Shown here: positions 44,641-53,400 of the stretch, one piece after another
Layout: every line of letters starts with the position of its first letter
Numbering within the stretch: the first letter of the stretch is position 1
Source of the DNA: Anaerolineales bacterium
GTDB taxonomy: Bacteria > Chloroflexota > Anaerolineae > 4572-78 > J111
Assembly (NCBI GenBank): GCA_015075185.1
Contig: JABTUW010000004.1
Location: forward strand, 1,144,761 to 1,208,760
DNA length: 64,000 nt
Direction: 5' to 3'
Program-made: the position numbers and the translations under genes
The notes under the pieces: model-generated
Told to the model about the DNA's origin: nothing
Database searches by the model: none
What the model saw: the letters and a program-made list of their open reading frames with translations, nothing else

Positions 44641-45609
44641 ATGTATCCCGCATCACGTATCAGGTGTACATTTGTGGTGACAAAAACTGATTTCCCCTTC
44701 CTCTCCGGCCTGCTCAATATCGACAAACCCAAAGGTATTACCTCTCACGATGTCGTCAACCGGGTGCGTCGGCTGGTCGGACAGCGGCGCGTGGGGCATG
44801 CCGGTACGCTTGATCCCATGGCGACCGGCGTTTTGCTGGTTTGTCTGGGGCAAGCCACCCGGCTGATTGAATATGTGGTGGCCGGCCAAAAACAGTATCG
44901 TGCCACCATCCGTTTTGGCGTTACCACCGACACGCTGGACGCCGAGGGGCAAGTTACCGCGGTAAACGATCTTTCCTCGCTTGACGAAGCGCATTTGCGC
45001 GAGATTCTGCCTGCCTTTCTAGGTGAAATTGAACAAATTCCGCCGCTCTTTTCAGCCATCAAACAAGCGGGCCAGCCGCTCTACAAGCGGGCCAGGGCTG
45101 GGAAGGTGGTTGAAGTGGCTCCCCGCCGCGTCACCATCCACGCCCTGACCTGGGTAGCCTGGCAGCCACCTGATTTGATCCTTGACATCACCTGTTCAGC
45201 CGGTACCTATATCCGCGCCCTGGCCCGCGATTTAGGCGAAGCCGCCGGTTCGGGCGCGCACCTGGCCGAGCTGACCCGGACGGCCAGCGGTCCGTGGCAG
45301 TTAGCCGAAGCCGTATCGTTAGAACAGCTTGAATGGGAAGCAGCCCAAAATGCTTCGGCCTGGCAGAGACACCTCCACCCGCCCGATAAGGCCATCACCC
45401 ATTTACCTAAAGTCATCTTAACGGAGGAGGCAGTCAAGCACGTCCAGCAAGGACGGCAGCTCCAAATCGAAGCTGCGCCTTATCTCGAAAACGCTGGACC
45501 GATACGAGCTTATACCCCAAGTGGGGATTTCCTGGCGATTTTGACATCGGTTGAACCCAGTGCTAAACTCTGGCAGCCGAAGAAGGTATTTCAAATAAAA
45601 GACAAGTAG
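44641..45609 (+). CDS. truB: tRNA pseudouridine-55 synthase TruB
   Basis: GLLNIDKPKGITSHDVV and GHAGTLDPMATGVL motifs. The true start may be GTG at about 44674. Confidence 0.9.
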   Translation: MYPASRIRCTFVVTKTDFPFLSGLLNIDKPKGITSHDVVNRVRRLVGQRRVGHAGTLDPMATGVLLVCLGQATRLIEYVVAGQKQYRATIRFGVTTDTLDAEGQVTAVNDLSSLDEAHLREILPAFLGEIEQIPPLFSAIKQAGQPLYKRARAGKVVEVAPRRVTIHALTWVAWQPPDLILDITCSAGTYIRALARDLGEAAGSGAHLAELTRTASGPWQLAEAVSLEQLEWEAAQNASAWQRHLHPPDKAITHLPKVILTEEAVKHVQQGRQLQIEAAPYLENAGPIRAYTPSGDFLAILTSVEPSAKLWQPKKVFQIKDK

Positions 45610-45702
45610 CAAGGTTGCAGAGTAGCAACAGGAAGAGCAATTTGCGACTTTGCTACCTTGTTATCTTGGGATCTATTATCCGAGCGAGTTGAACCCAAAA
45701 CT

Positions 45703-46659
45703 ATGCGAATTATTCGAGATTTTGCGGCGGCTCATCTGAATGGGCCGACGGTACTGACGATTGGCACCTTTGATGGCCTGCACCGGGGCCATCAAGCCCT
45801 GATCAAGCAGCTTCAACAATCAGCTAAGGAGCGCCAGGCTCAGGCGGCCGTGATTGCCTTTCATCCCCGACCCAAGACCGTTTTAGCCCCCCACCTACCT
45901 CATAATGATTATCTGACCACTCCGGGAGAACGGATCGCCCTGTTTGAAGAGTTAGGGCTTGATATCTTGATTTTGATCCCCTTCACCCTGGAATTTTCCC
46001 AAACTACAGCCGCCGATTTTATGAAGTTATTAGTAGACCGGCTGAATTTGATTGAATTGTGGGCGGGTCACGATTTTGCTCTGGGCAAAAATCGCGAAGG
46101 CAACCTGGAGAAATTGAGAGCGTTGGGTCATGAGCTGAATTACCACGTGTGTGAATTCACCCCGATTTTGATTAACGACAAAGTTGTGAGCAGTACCCAA
46201 ATTCGGGACCTACTGCGGGCGGGAGAGGTGCGCCAAGCGACCGAGTTTTTGGGACGTTACCCCTCTTTGAACAGTGAAATTGTGCAGGGTGCGAACCGGG
46301 GCCACACCATCGGTTTTCCTACGGCTAATTTTGCGGTTCCCCCCGAACGATTGCTGCCCGCCAATGGGGTTTACGCTACGTTTGTCAAGCTCCCCGGCGA
46401 AACCCAACGCCGCGCCAGCGTGACCAATGTCGGTATTCGCCCCAGCTTTGAGGGCACCGAGCGCACTGTCGAAGCCTATATTTTTGATTTTGACCAGATG
46501 ATTTACGGCCAGCGGCTAACCCTGGAATTTGTAGAGCGCCTCCGCCCGGAAAAGAAATTTAACGGCATCAATGAACTGGTTGCGCAGATCAGGCATGACG
46601 CAGAGCAGGCCAGGGAACTGCTGGCAGAAGAAAAAGCAGTAGACAGTAGACGGCGCTAA
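45703..46659 (+). CDS. ribF: Bifunctional riboflavin kinase / FMN adenylyltransferase
   Basis: VLTIGTFDGLHRGHQ in the N-terminal FAD synthetase part and GFPTANF...GVY in the kinase part. ATG at 45703 is preferred over 45658. Confidence 0.9.
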   Translation: MRIIRDFAAAHLNGPTVLTIGTFDGLHRGHQALIKQLQQSAKERQAQAAVIAFHPRPKTVLAPHLPHNDYLTTPGERIALFEELGLDILILIPFTLEFSQTTAADFMKLLVDRLNLIELWAGHDFALGKNREGNLEKLRALGHELNYHVCEFTPILINDKVVSSTQIRDLLRAGEVRQATEFLGRYPSLNSEIVQGANRGHTIGFPTANFAVPPERLLPANGVYATFVKLPGETQRRASVTNVGIRPSFEGTERTVEAYIFDFDQMIYGQRLTLEFVERLRPEKKFNGINELVAQIRHDAEQARELLAEEKAVDSRRR

Positions 46660-46903
46660 AGCGTACCCTTGCGGTATAGACAGTAGACGAAAAAGATTAG
46701 ACGGCGATCGGCGGTCGGTCGTCTACGGTCGTATATTAACTGAGGCCACGAAGCCTTCGACAATCGGGAGCGAGCAGACCGGTAGCCGAGGGCTTTCTTT
46801 TTTGGTTACTACTCAGGTGGCTGGCACTTTTCTCCTAACCAAGTGCCAGTCACCTTTAGCCTGAACAATTACCTTTTTTGTTTAAGGAGGGACCGAATTA
46901 ACT

Positions 46904-47827
46904 GTGGAATATCCAAAAACTCTATCCCCGCAAACAACCTTCTGGCGCGACTATCAGGCGGCTTTTAGCGAAATCACTTTTGTAGTTGTGGTGATGGTCT
47001 GGGGTATTACCTTCATCTTTTCCAAAGATGCCTTACAAGTCATTGGACCATTTGCTTATAATACCATCCGCCTGCTGCTGGGTGCGGTCACCCTGGCCGT
47101 TTTGGTTGGCCGTGACTGGCAATCTATTGACCGCTCGTACCTTTGGCCTTCGCTCATAACAGGACTGGTCCTCTTTGGCTCTTACGCAGTTCAGGCCTAC
47201 GGCATGCAGTTCACCACGGCCAGCAAAGCCGGCTTTCTGACCGGCACCAACCTGGTTTATGTGCCGATCCTATCGGCCTGGCTGCTCCGCCGCGCTCCCA
47301 GCCGCACTGCTGTTGCCGGCGTCATTCTGGCTTTTGTTGGCCTGTATTTGATTTCCTTTGAAAGCGGTCTGAACGGTTTGACCATTGCTCCTGGTGATTT
47401 TTGGGTCGCTCTGGGTGGCGTCGGCTGGGCGCTTTATATCATTGTCCTGGCCCGTTACTCGCCCTATTTAAATGTGATGGTTTATGCGGCGCTGCATGTT
47501 TTGGTCGCCGCCCTGATGACGGGGATCTGCTGGCTGGTTGTCGAGCCGTTGGTTGTGCCGGTCACCTCAACCGCTTTATGGATTGGCGTGCTGACCACCG
47601 GCTTTTTAATTATCGGCCTGGGCACCAGTGTCCAAACCTGGGTAACCCGCACCGCCTCGCCCACCCGCGTGGCTCTCATTGCCGCCCTTGAGCCGGTCTT
47701 TGCCGCCATCGGCGGCTGGTGGATTGGGGAACTCATTACCCCGCGGATCATATTGGGCGGTGCACTAATTATGGCCGGCATGCTCCTGGCCGAGTTGGGA
47801 CACCTGCTGCGACAGAAAGGCTTATGA
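46904..47827 (+). CDS. EamA/DMT-family transporter
   Basis: 307 aa, ten predicted TM helices as two EamA repeats. GTG start. Confidence 0.75.
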   Translation: MEYPKTLSPQTTFWRDYQAAFSEITFVVVVMVWGITFIFSKDALQVIGPFAYNTIRLLLGAVTLAVLVGRDWQSIDRSYLWPSLITGLVLFGSYAVQAYGMQFTTASKAGFLTGTNLVYVPILSAWLLRRAPSRTAVAGVILAFVGLYLISFESGLNGLTIAPGDFWVALGGVGWALYIIVLARYSPYLNVMVYAALHVLVAALMTGICWLVVEPLVVPVTSTALWIGVLTTGFLIIGLGTSVQTWVTRTASPTRVALIAALEPVFAAIGGWWIGELITPRIILGGALIMAGMLLAELGHLLRQKGL

Positions 47828-47829
47828 AC

Positions 47830-48030
47830 TCACTTGGCTTGCTCAAAAGCCCTTTGGTAATATTCCCAACCATTGATCTGCGGTTTGGGAGGGCTGCTTA
47901 TATTCTGAGCCAGATAAATAACCACTATCATAATTAACAACACAATCATGAAGTACCGCTTAACTTGGTCAAGTGTTATCCTCGTTTTCAGATTGAGACT
48001 GAATAATTTGGAACGATACATGTTGCGCAT
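47830..48030 (-). CDS. Small single-pass membrane protein (hypothetical)
   Basis: 66 aa with ATG preceded by GGGGGATAAGACC and the TM helix YFMIVLLIMIVVIYLA. Last gene of the AT-rich minus-strand cassette. Confidence 0.4.
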   Translation of the reverse strand: MRNMYRSKLFSLNLKTRITLDQVKRYFMIVLLIMIVVIYLAQNISSPPKPQINGWEYYQRAFEQAK

Positions 48031-48428
48031 GGTCTTATCCCCCTTCTGGTCAAGGTTAAAAGATGAAACAGCTCATACCTGCGTAGCATCCATTGGAGCC
48101 GCTTTGGCCAACAACGTAGCGCCATAGCCTTGCAGCTTGCGCCCCAACTCGACCATCCGGCTACCCAACCAGATAGCAAACTTCCGGGTAGTTTCCTGAT
48201 AATTGAACATTTGGGGCCGGGCAAGCTTAATCAGCCGGATATGTTCAGCGTCCTGTAATCTTTCGGAATATCGTTCACGACCAAAAAATTCGATATTATT
48301 GGGAAATATTTTAAGACCTCCTGTCGCTCAAACTAAAAGTTAAGTGTCATCAGCTATAAATTCTTTAATCTAATCTGTAGGTATCTGAGTTCATCCGTGG
48401 ACGATTTCTTATTGAGAACAGCCGGCCC

Positions 48429-48863
48429 TTACGAGAACGGGCTAATGGCTAATTCCAGGGTCAGCCAATCCAGAAAATCGGCGGCGACCGGGGTCAGTTC
48501 AGCGATGCGCCGCTCGCGCACAGCCGGAGAGTCAGGTCCCAATTGCGCGTCCCAGTCCAGCGCCAGTGGGCTTGCTTGAGGGAGACGCCCATCGCGGATA
48601 TAGCCGACCATGAGCGATGTTGCGCCATAATTGAGAAAGTGCTCGTCGAAGAGCGAAGCCGCCCATTGGGGGTAGTAACCGGCAAAGCCGGTATAGGCCC
48701 GTTTGAGCGCAGCCGGGAAAACCAGGCGGCGAATCCAGCCCGGCGCTGTTGTCGCCGGTATGTAGTTGAAAACTGCTTTGGTTAGCGGCATCATCACTGC
48801 TGTGGTGAATAAAAAAGCTGCCACTCCTTCAAAAAGATTAGAACTTACATTTTGAGTAGTCAC
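48429..48863 (-). CDS. Hypothetical protein (144 aa)
   Basis: GTG start 6 nt after GGGAGG. N-terminus reads (M)TTQNVSS. No family recognised. Confidence 0.55.
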   Translation of the reverse strand: MTTQNVSSNLFEGVAAFLFTTAVMMPLTKAVFNYIPATTAPGWIRRLVFPAALKRAYTGFAGYYPQWAASLFDEHFLNYGATSLMVGYIRDGRLPQASPLALDWDAQLGPDSPAVRERRIAELTPVAADFLDWLTLELAISPFS

Positions 48864-48928
48864 TGCTATCCTCCCAAAGATTTGCTTACGTCTAATTAAA
48901 AGTTAGTTCATCAATTTCTATAATTCAG

Positions 48929-48986
48929 ATTATAAACCAGACCTGTTTGGAGACTGGCTCAGTAATTGTTCGGAAACTACTCGAAA
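48929..48986 (-). promoter_or_regulatory. Phased direct-repeat promoter element A (candidate SARP box plus -10)
   Basis: On the minus strand, four heptamers at 11/12/11-bp spacing (rc of CTGTTTG, CTGGCTC, TTGTTCG, CTACTCG). The proximal one is 8 bp from TATAAT (48929-48934). About 65 nt upstream of the 144-aa gene. Confidence 0.55.
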
Positions 48987-49015
48987 GCTGTTTCTGAGAG
49001 GCAAAGTTGTTATCA

Positions 49016-49053
49016 AAACCTGACAGGTTTTCATACAGTGACCTGTCAGGTTT
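49016..49053 (-). terminator. Intrinsic terminator after the 192-aa gene
   Basis: A 13-bp perfect stem (AAACCTGACAGGT / ACCTGTCAGGTTT) with a 12-nt loop. On the minus strand the stem runs into TTTT. Confidence 0.6.
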
Positions 49054-49103
49054 GATTCCCCAAGATTTATTTCGGCCAGTCAGCAGAAGATCTGTGTGAC
49101 TTC

Positions 49104-49682
49104 TTACTTGGTTGAAAACTCCATCAGGCCAACATCTCCATCCGTAGTAATCTTATTGAGGCGAATTACCCCATTTTCGATGAGGTGAAACTGCATGGGA
49201 CGAGGCGGCCAGGCCAGGGTATGGCTGTCTGCCGGGATACGCCCGCGTTCGCTCTGATGGTAGGCAGACAGGGCATTCTCCAGACGAGACGTTACATCGG
49301 CCCTATAAAACTCAGCCAGTCGGTTATACCGGGCCGCTTCAGCCGCCATTGCCTGCTGCGCCTTAGCCTCACTGCCAGCCGCATAAAACAGCCCCAAGCT
49401 GGTGTAACGAGCCGCTTCGGCTTCACGCACACGCTGAATATTAGCTTCAGTGGCAATGTGCGTTTTCCTTTCCAGCTCAAGCAGATTGGGACGGGCTGGG
49501 AAATCGCGCACAATCCGCTGAGGAACGCCGGCGGCATCGCTTTTATTGATGGCTGCAACCAGATTAGTGGCAAACACGCCCAGGACTAAACCCAGGGCCA
49601 GAATAGCCAGGGCTAAAGGCCAACTGAAGGGCCGCACCGGGGCGACTTCGATCGATCTGTTAACATTACTTTGAGTTGTCAT
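49104..49682 (-). CDS. Hypothetical single-pass membrane protein with internal AARY..L..FY repeat
   Basis: 192 aa, ATG 7 nt after AAGGAG. N-terminus MTTQSNVN, one TM helix, and repeats EAEAARYTSLGLFYAA / AAEAARYNRLAEFYRA. Confidence 0.6.
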   Translation of the reverse strand: MTTQSNVNRSIEVAPVRPFSWPLALAILALGLVLGVFATNLVAAINKSDAAGVPQRIVRDFPARPNLLELERKTHIATEANIQRVREAEAARYTSLGLFYAAGSEAKAQQAMAAEAARYNRLAEFYRADVTSRLENALSAYHQSERGRIPADSHTLAWPPRPMQFHLIENGVIRLNKITTDGDVGLMEFSTK

Positions 49683-49822
49683 CGGTTATCTCCTTATTTA
49701 ACAAAAAATCTTGTTATCCACCTAGTTTACAACTGGCGAGACGTAAAAAGTCGTCAGAGATGAGCCTGAGTTGCTTTACGCTCGACATTCCCCCTCTTAT
49801 CAGCCAAATATTTCTCCTTTAT

Positions 49823-50044
49823 TCATTCTTCATGGACTTCAACCTCCCCCGGCTGGCCGAAAAACTCATTTCCCAGAAAGTTTGTCACTTGTTCCAGAGT
49901 GTAAAACTCCCACCGCCGCCGTTCTCCGGCAACCTCTTCAATAGCAACGATGCGGGGCGGCGGCTGTTTTGGAGCGGTAAATAATTCCATCTCACTATGC
50001 AGCATAAGGTAAGTACGGTAGGATTTTATAGGTTGGGTATTCAT
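49823..50044 (-). CDS. Hypothetical small protein (73 aa)
   Basis: ATG (MNTQPIKS...) downstream of GGAGGAG. The track ORF starts 18 nt further upstream. Confidence 0.45.
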   Translation of the reverse strand: MNTQPIKSYRTYLMLHSEMELFTAPKQPPPRIVAIEEVAGERRRWEFYTLEQVTNFLGNEFFGQPGEVEVHEE

Positions 50045-50112
50045 TGGCCCCATCTCCTCCACGACTCCACGTTCATCCTTGGTTAGAGCTGTTGATTAAT
50101 TATTCTGTATTG

Positions 50113-50170
50113 ACTATAAGCCATAGCTGTTTGGAAATTGCCTCAAAAACTGTTCGGAAACTGTTCAAAA
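50113..50170 (-). promoter_or_regulatory. Phased direct-repeat promoter element B
   Basis: rc of CTGTTTG, TTGCCTC, CTGTTCG, CTGTTCA at 11/12/11 bp. The proximal repeat is 8 bp from TATAGT (50113-50118). About 70 nt upstream of the 73-aa gene. Confidence 0.55.
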
Positions 50171-50257
50171 ATAGCGATCATTACTTTTCTCCTGAAGTTT
50201 TTACCGGCGTTTTATTCCGCCAAAAGGTCAGTTTGTTTATTTACCACTCTGGCTTAA

Positions 50258-50315
50258 AATATAAGCCAGAGTTGTTGGGAGATTGGCTCAAAAACTGTTC
50301 GCAAACTGTTCGAAG
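50258..50315 (-). promoter_or_regulatory. Phased direct-repeat promoter element C
   Basis: rc of TTGTTGG, TTGGCTC, CTGTTCG, CTGTTCG at 11/12/11 bp. The proximal repeat is 8 bp from TATATT (50258-50263). The element overlaps the palindrome CTCTGGCTTA-aaata-TAAGCCAGAG. Confidence 0.5.
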
Positions 50316-50404
50316 CCCGTTTACGGCTGAGACAAAAGTACTATATCGAGATTGTTTGAGCCTTTGTAGACTTCTTCACAAATCACTGGGGCAAAATAGG
50401 ATAC

Positions 50405-53400
50405 ATGGACGTTATTTATCGTCTCCGCCTGCTGGGGATGATGCAAGTTGAGAAGAAGGGTGTACTACTGCGCGATTTTGAATCGCGCAAGGCGCTGGCC
50501 CTCCTCGGCTACCTGGCACGACAAGACCAGCCTGTTTCGCGCAGCCACCTGGCCGGCCTTTTTTGGGGTGATAAAGAGGAAGCGCGCGGACGGCGCAATC
50601 TCAGCCGAGAATTGAGCCAGCTTTCAGCCCTGCTTCCCGGCTGCTTCCAGGCCGACTACCACACCATCCAGTTTCTACCGCCGGACACGTTCTGGGTAGA
50701 TGTCCACATCTTTGCCAAATTGGTGAAAAGTGGTCTTGGCAAAAGCGCGTCCAAATCATCCCTGTCCAAAACCGGGCCACATTCACAAATGCCCAAAACT
50801 GCCACCGATTGGTTTCCGGCACACCTTGCCGCCGATATCCAGGTGGAGTTACTGGCCGAGGCCGTCGCTCTGTACTGCGGCGACTTTATGACCGGCTTTT
50901 TTCTGGACGATTGTCCTGAATTTGAAACGTGGCTGCTGCGCGAGCAAGAAGGCTGGCGGCGGCAGGTCACAGAGCTGCTGGAAAGACTGCTTGTTTATTA
51001 CGCCCGGTCCAACCAGGATGACCTGGCCCTAACCCAGGCCCGGCGCTGGCTGGAATTGGAACCCTGGCGCGAACGCGCCCATCGCTACCTGATGGTTCTG
51101 TTGGCCCGCCAGGATGAGCGCAGCGCCGCCCTGGCCCAGTATGAAATCTGCCGCCGCGCCCTGGCCGAGGAACTGGCGGTAGAGCCTTCGGCGGCGATGG
51201 TAACATTGTATGAACAGATTCGCTCAGGAGAATTGAGCAGGGAGGCAGAGGAGCAGGGGAGCGCAGGGGAAGTTGTTAGTGCATCCCTGCACCCTGGTGA
51301 CCCCCTCCCCTCCCCCTCACCGGTTGCTTTGCATAAAGTTCCGACCCCCTCCACGCCTTTTATTGGCCGGGAAGAGGAATTGGCCCAAATTGCCGCGCAT
51401 TTAAACGACCCGGCTGTCCGCTTGCTGACCCTGATCGGCCCTGGCGGTATTGGTAAAACCCGCCTGGCCATTCAGTCCACCTGGCAGGCAATCCAGGCGG
51501 ACACCGGGCTGTTTGCAGATGGCGTCTACTTCATTCCCCTGGACTCGCTCAGCTCAGCCGAATTTCTCGTTGCTACCCTGGCCGACGTGTTGAACTTTTC
51601 TTTTTACAGCGGGGCTAATCCGGCTAACCAACTCCTCGACTATCTGCGGGAAAAGCGGCTGCTTTTGGTGCTTGACAATTTTGAGCATCTCCTGGCGGGG
51701 GTCGGCCTGCTGAGCGATATTCTCCGGCAGGTCCCTCAGGTCAAGATTCTGGCTGTATCGCGCGAACGTCTGAATTTGCAGGAGGAATATTTGCTGCCGA
51801 TCCAGGGGTTGAAAGTACCCGAACCCCAGCCCAAGCTGAGTTGGCAGCGGGCCAAGGCCCCGGCGCTGGAGGCGTACAGCGCGGTGCAGCTCTTTCTGCA
51901 GCGCGCCCAAACCGTCAACCCTGGCTATATCCTTTCGGAAGCGGAAACGCCCTGCGTGGTCCACGTCTGCCGCCTGACCGAAGGGACGCCGCTGGCCATT
52001 GAACTGGCCGCGGCCTGGCTGCGGCTGCTCTCTTGCCAGGAAATCGCCCAGGAAATTGAGCAAAATCTCGATTTTCTGACCACTTCACTGCGCAATATCC
52101 CCGAACGGCAGCGCAGCCTGCGGGCCGTGTTTGACTATTCCTGGCGGCTCTTATCGGCGGAAGAGCAGCGGGTTTTCCGGCAGTTGGCCGTGTTTTGGGG
52201 TGGGTTTCAGCTTGAGGCGGCCAGGCAAGTCGTCGGCGCTGCCCTACCGCTGCTGCTGGCCCTGATGGACAAGTCGCTGCTGCGCCGAACCGAGACGGGA
52301 CGTTATACCCGGCACCTGCTCCTGTGGCAGTACGCCGCCGAAAAGCTGGACGAGACGCCCCAGGAAAAAGAAGAAGTTCAAGCCTTACACGGCCAGTACT
52401 ACGCGGCGTTTCTGTATGGCAAAGAGCAATTACTGACCGGGGGCCAACAAAAAGAGGCGTTAGCCGAGATCAATATCGAGATTGAGAATGTCCGAGCCGC
52501 TTGGCGCTGGGCCGTTGCTCACGGCGACCTCGCCACTATCGAGCCAGCCCTGGAAAGCCTGTTCCATTTTTACGACATCCGCAGTTGGTTTCAGGAAGGC
52601 GCTGAGTCTTTCGGCTGGGCAGCGACGAGTTTGAGAGACGAGACGCAGGGAAACGAGGAAACGAGGGGCGGAGAAGCGGAAGAACTCAAGGGAACTGAGG
52701 GGAACTCAGGGGAACTCGGGGAAGCCGGAGAAAGCGATAATCGTAAATCCAAAATCCAAAATCCAAAATCCAAAATTGTCTTGGGCAAGCTGTTGGCGCG
52801 GCAGGGCTGGTTTACGTTCCAACTTGGCCAGCATGAGGCGGCCAAGGCGCTGCTGCACGAGAGTTTGGGCATCCTCCGTAGTCTTGATTCCGCAGCCCGA
52901 GGGGAAACAATCTTTCCGCTAAATTATCTGGGGGCGGTACACCGGCATCTGGGCGAGTATGAACTCGCCCGGCAGTTGTGCCAGGAGAGTATGGTCCTTT
53001 GCCGAGAAATGGGAGACACGCTGGGTTTGAGTATTGCTCTCAACATTCTAGGCCAGGTGGCTTACCTAAAAGGGGATTACAGCCGATCCCGGCAGTTATG
53101 CCAGGAGAGTCTGGCCTTGAAGCAAGGGATTGGCGACCGGCGGGGTATGACCTTCTCCCTCAATAATCTGGGACAAGTGGCTTATGCCCTGGGCGAGTAT
53201 CCCGAAGCCAAAGCATTTTTTGAAGAAAGCCTGACGATTTGCCAGGAAATCGGCGACCGGCGCGGGATTGCCCTCTGCCTCAGTTACCTGGGCGATGTGG
53301 TGCAAATGATGGCCGAATACCAGGGTGCCAAACAATTATATCAAGAAAGCCTGTCTATTTTTAAAGAGATTGGCAATCAATGGGGCGCTATTTCCGCCCG

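Noticed and set aside
46660-46903. A long leader upstream of the EamA transporter gene with a 14-bp stem (GGTGGCTGGCACTT...AAGTGCCAGTCACC, about 46816-46856) and a T-run at about 46795. I considered a possible riboswitch or attenuator.
   Set aside because: I recognised no conserved riboswitch core. The structures may just be the ribF terminator plus another stutter element. A covariance-model search is needed before any call.
47988-48224. A 78-aa minus-strand track ORF with a TTG start.
   Set aside because: Its W/C/R/G-rich composition looks non-coding. A different frame over the same DNA looks far more protein-like (see the finding at 48073-48320).
50044-50451. A 135-aa plus-strand ORF upstream of the regulator gene.
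   Set aside because: It runs straight through repeat elements B and C, so its 'protein' contains the translated repeats. It lacks an RBS and overlaps the regulator start. I treat the region as non-coding regulatory DNA.
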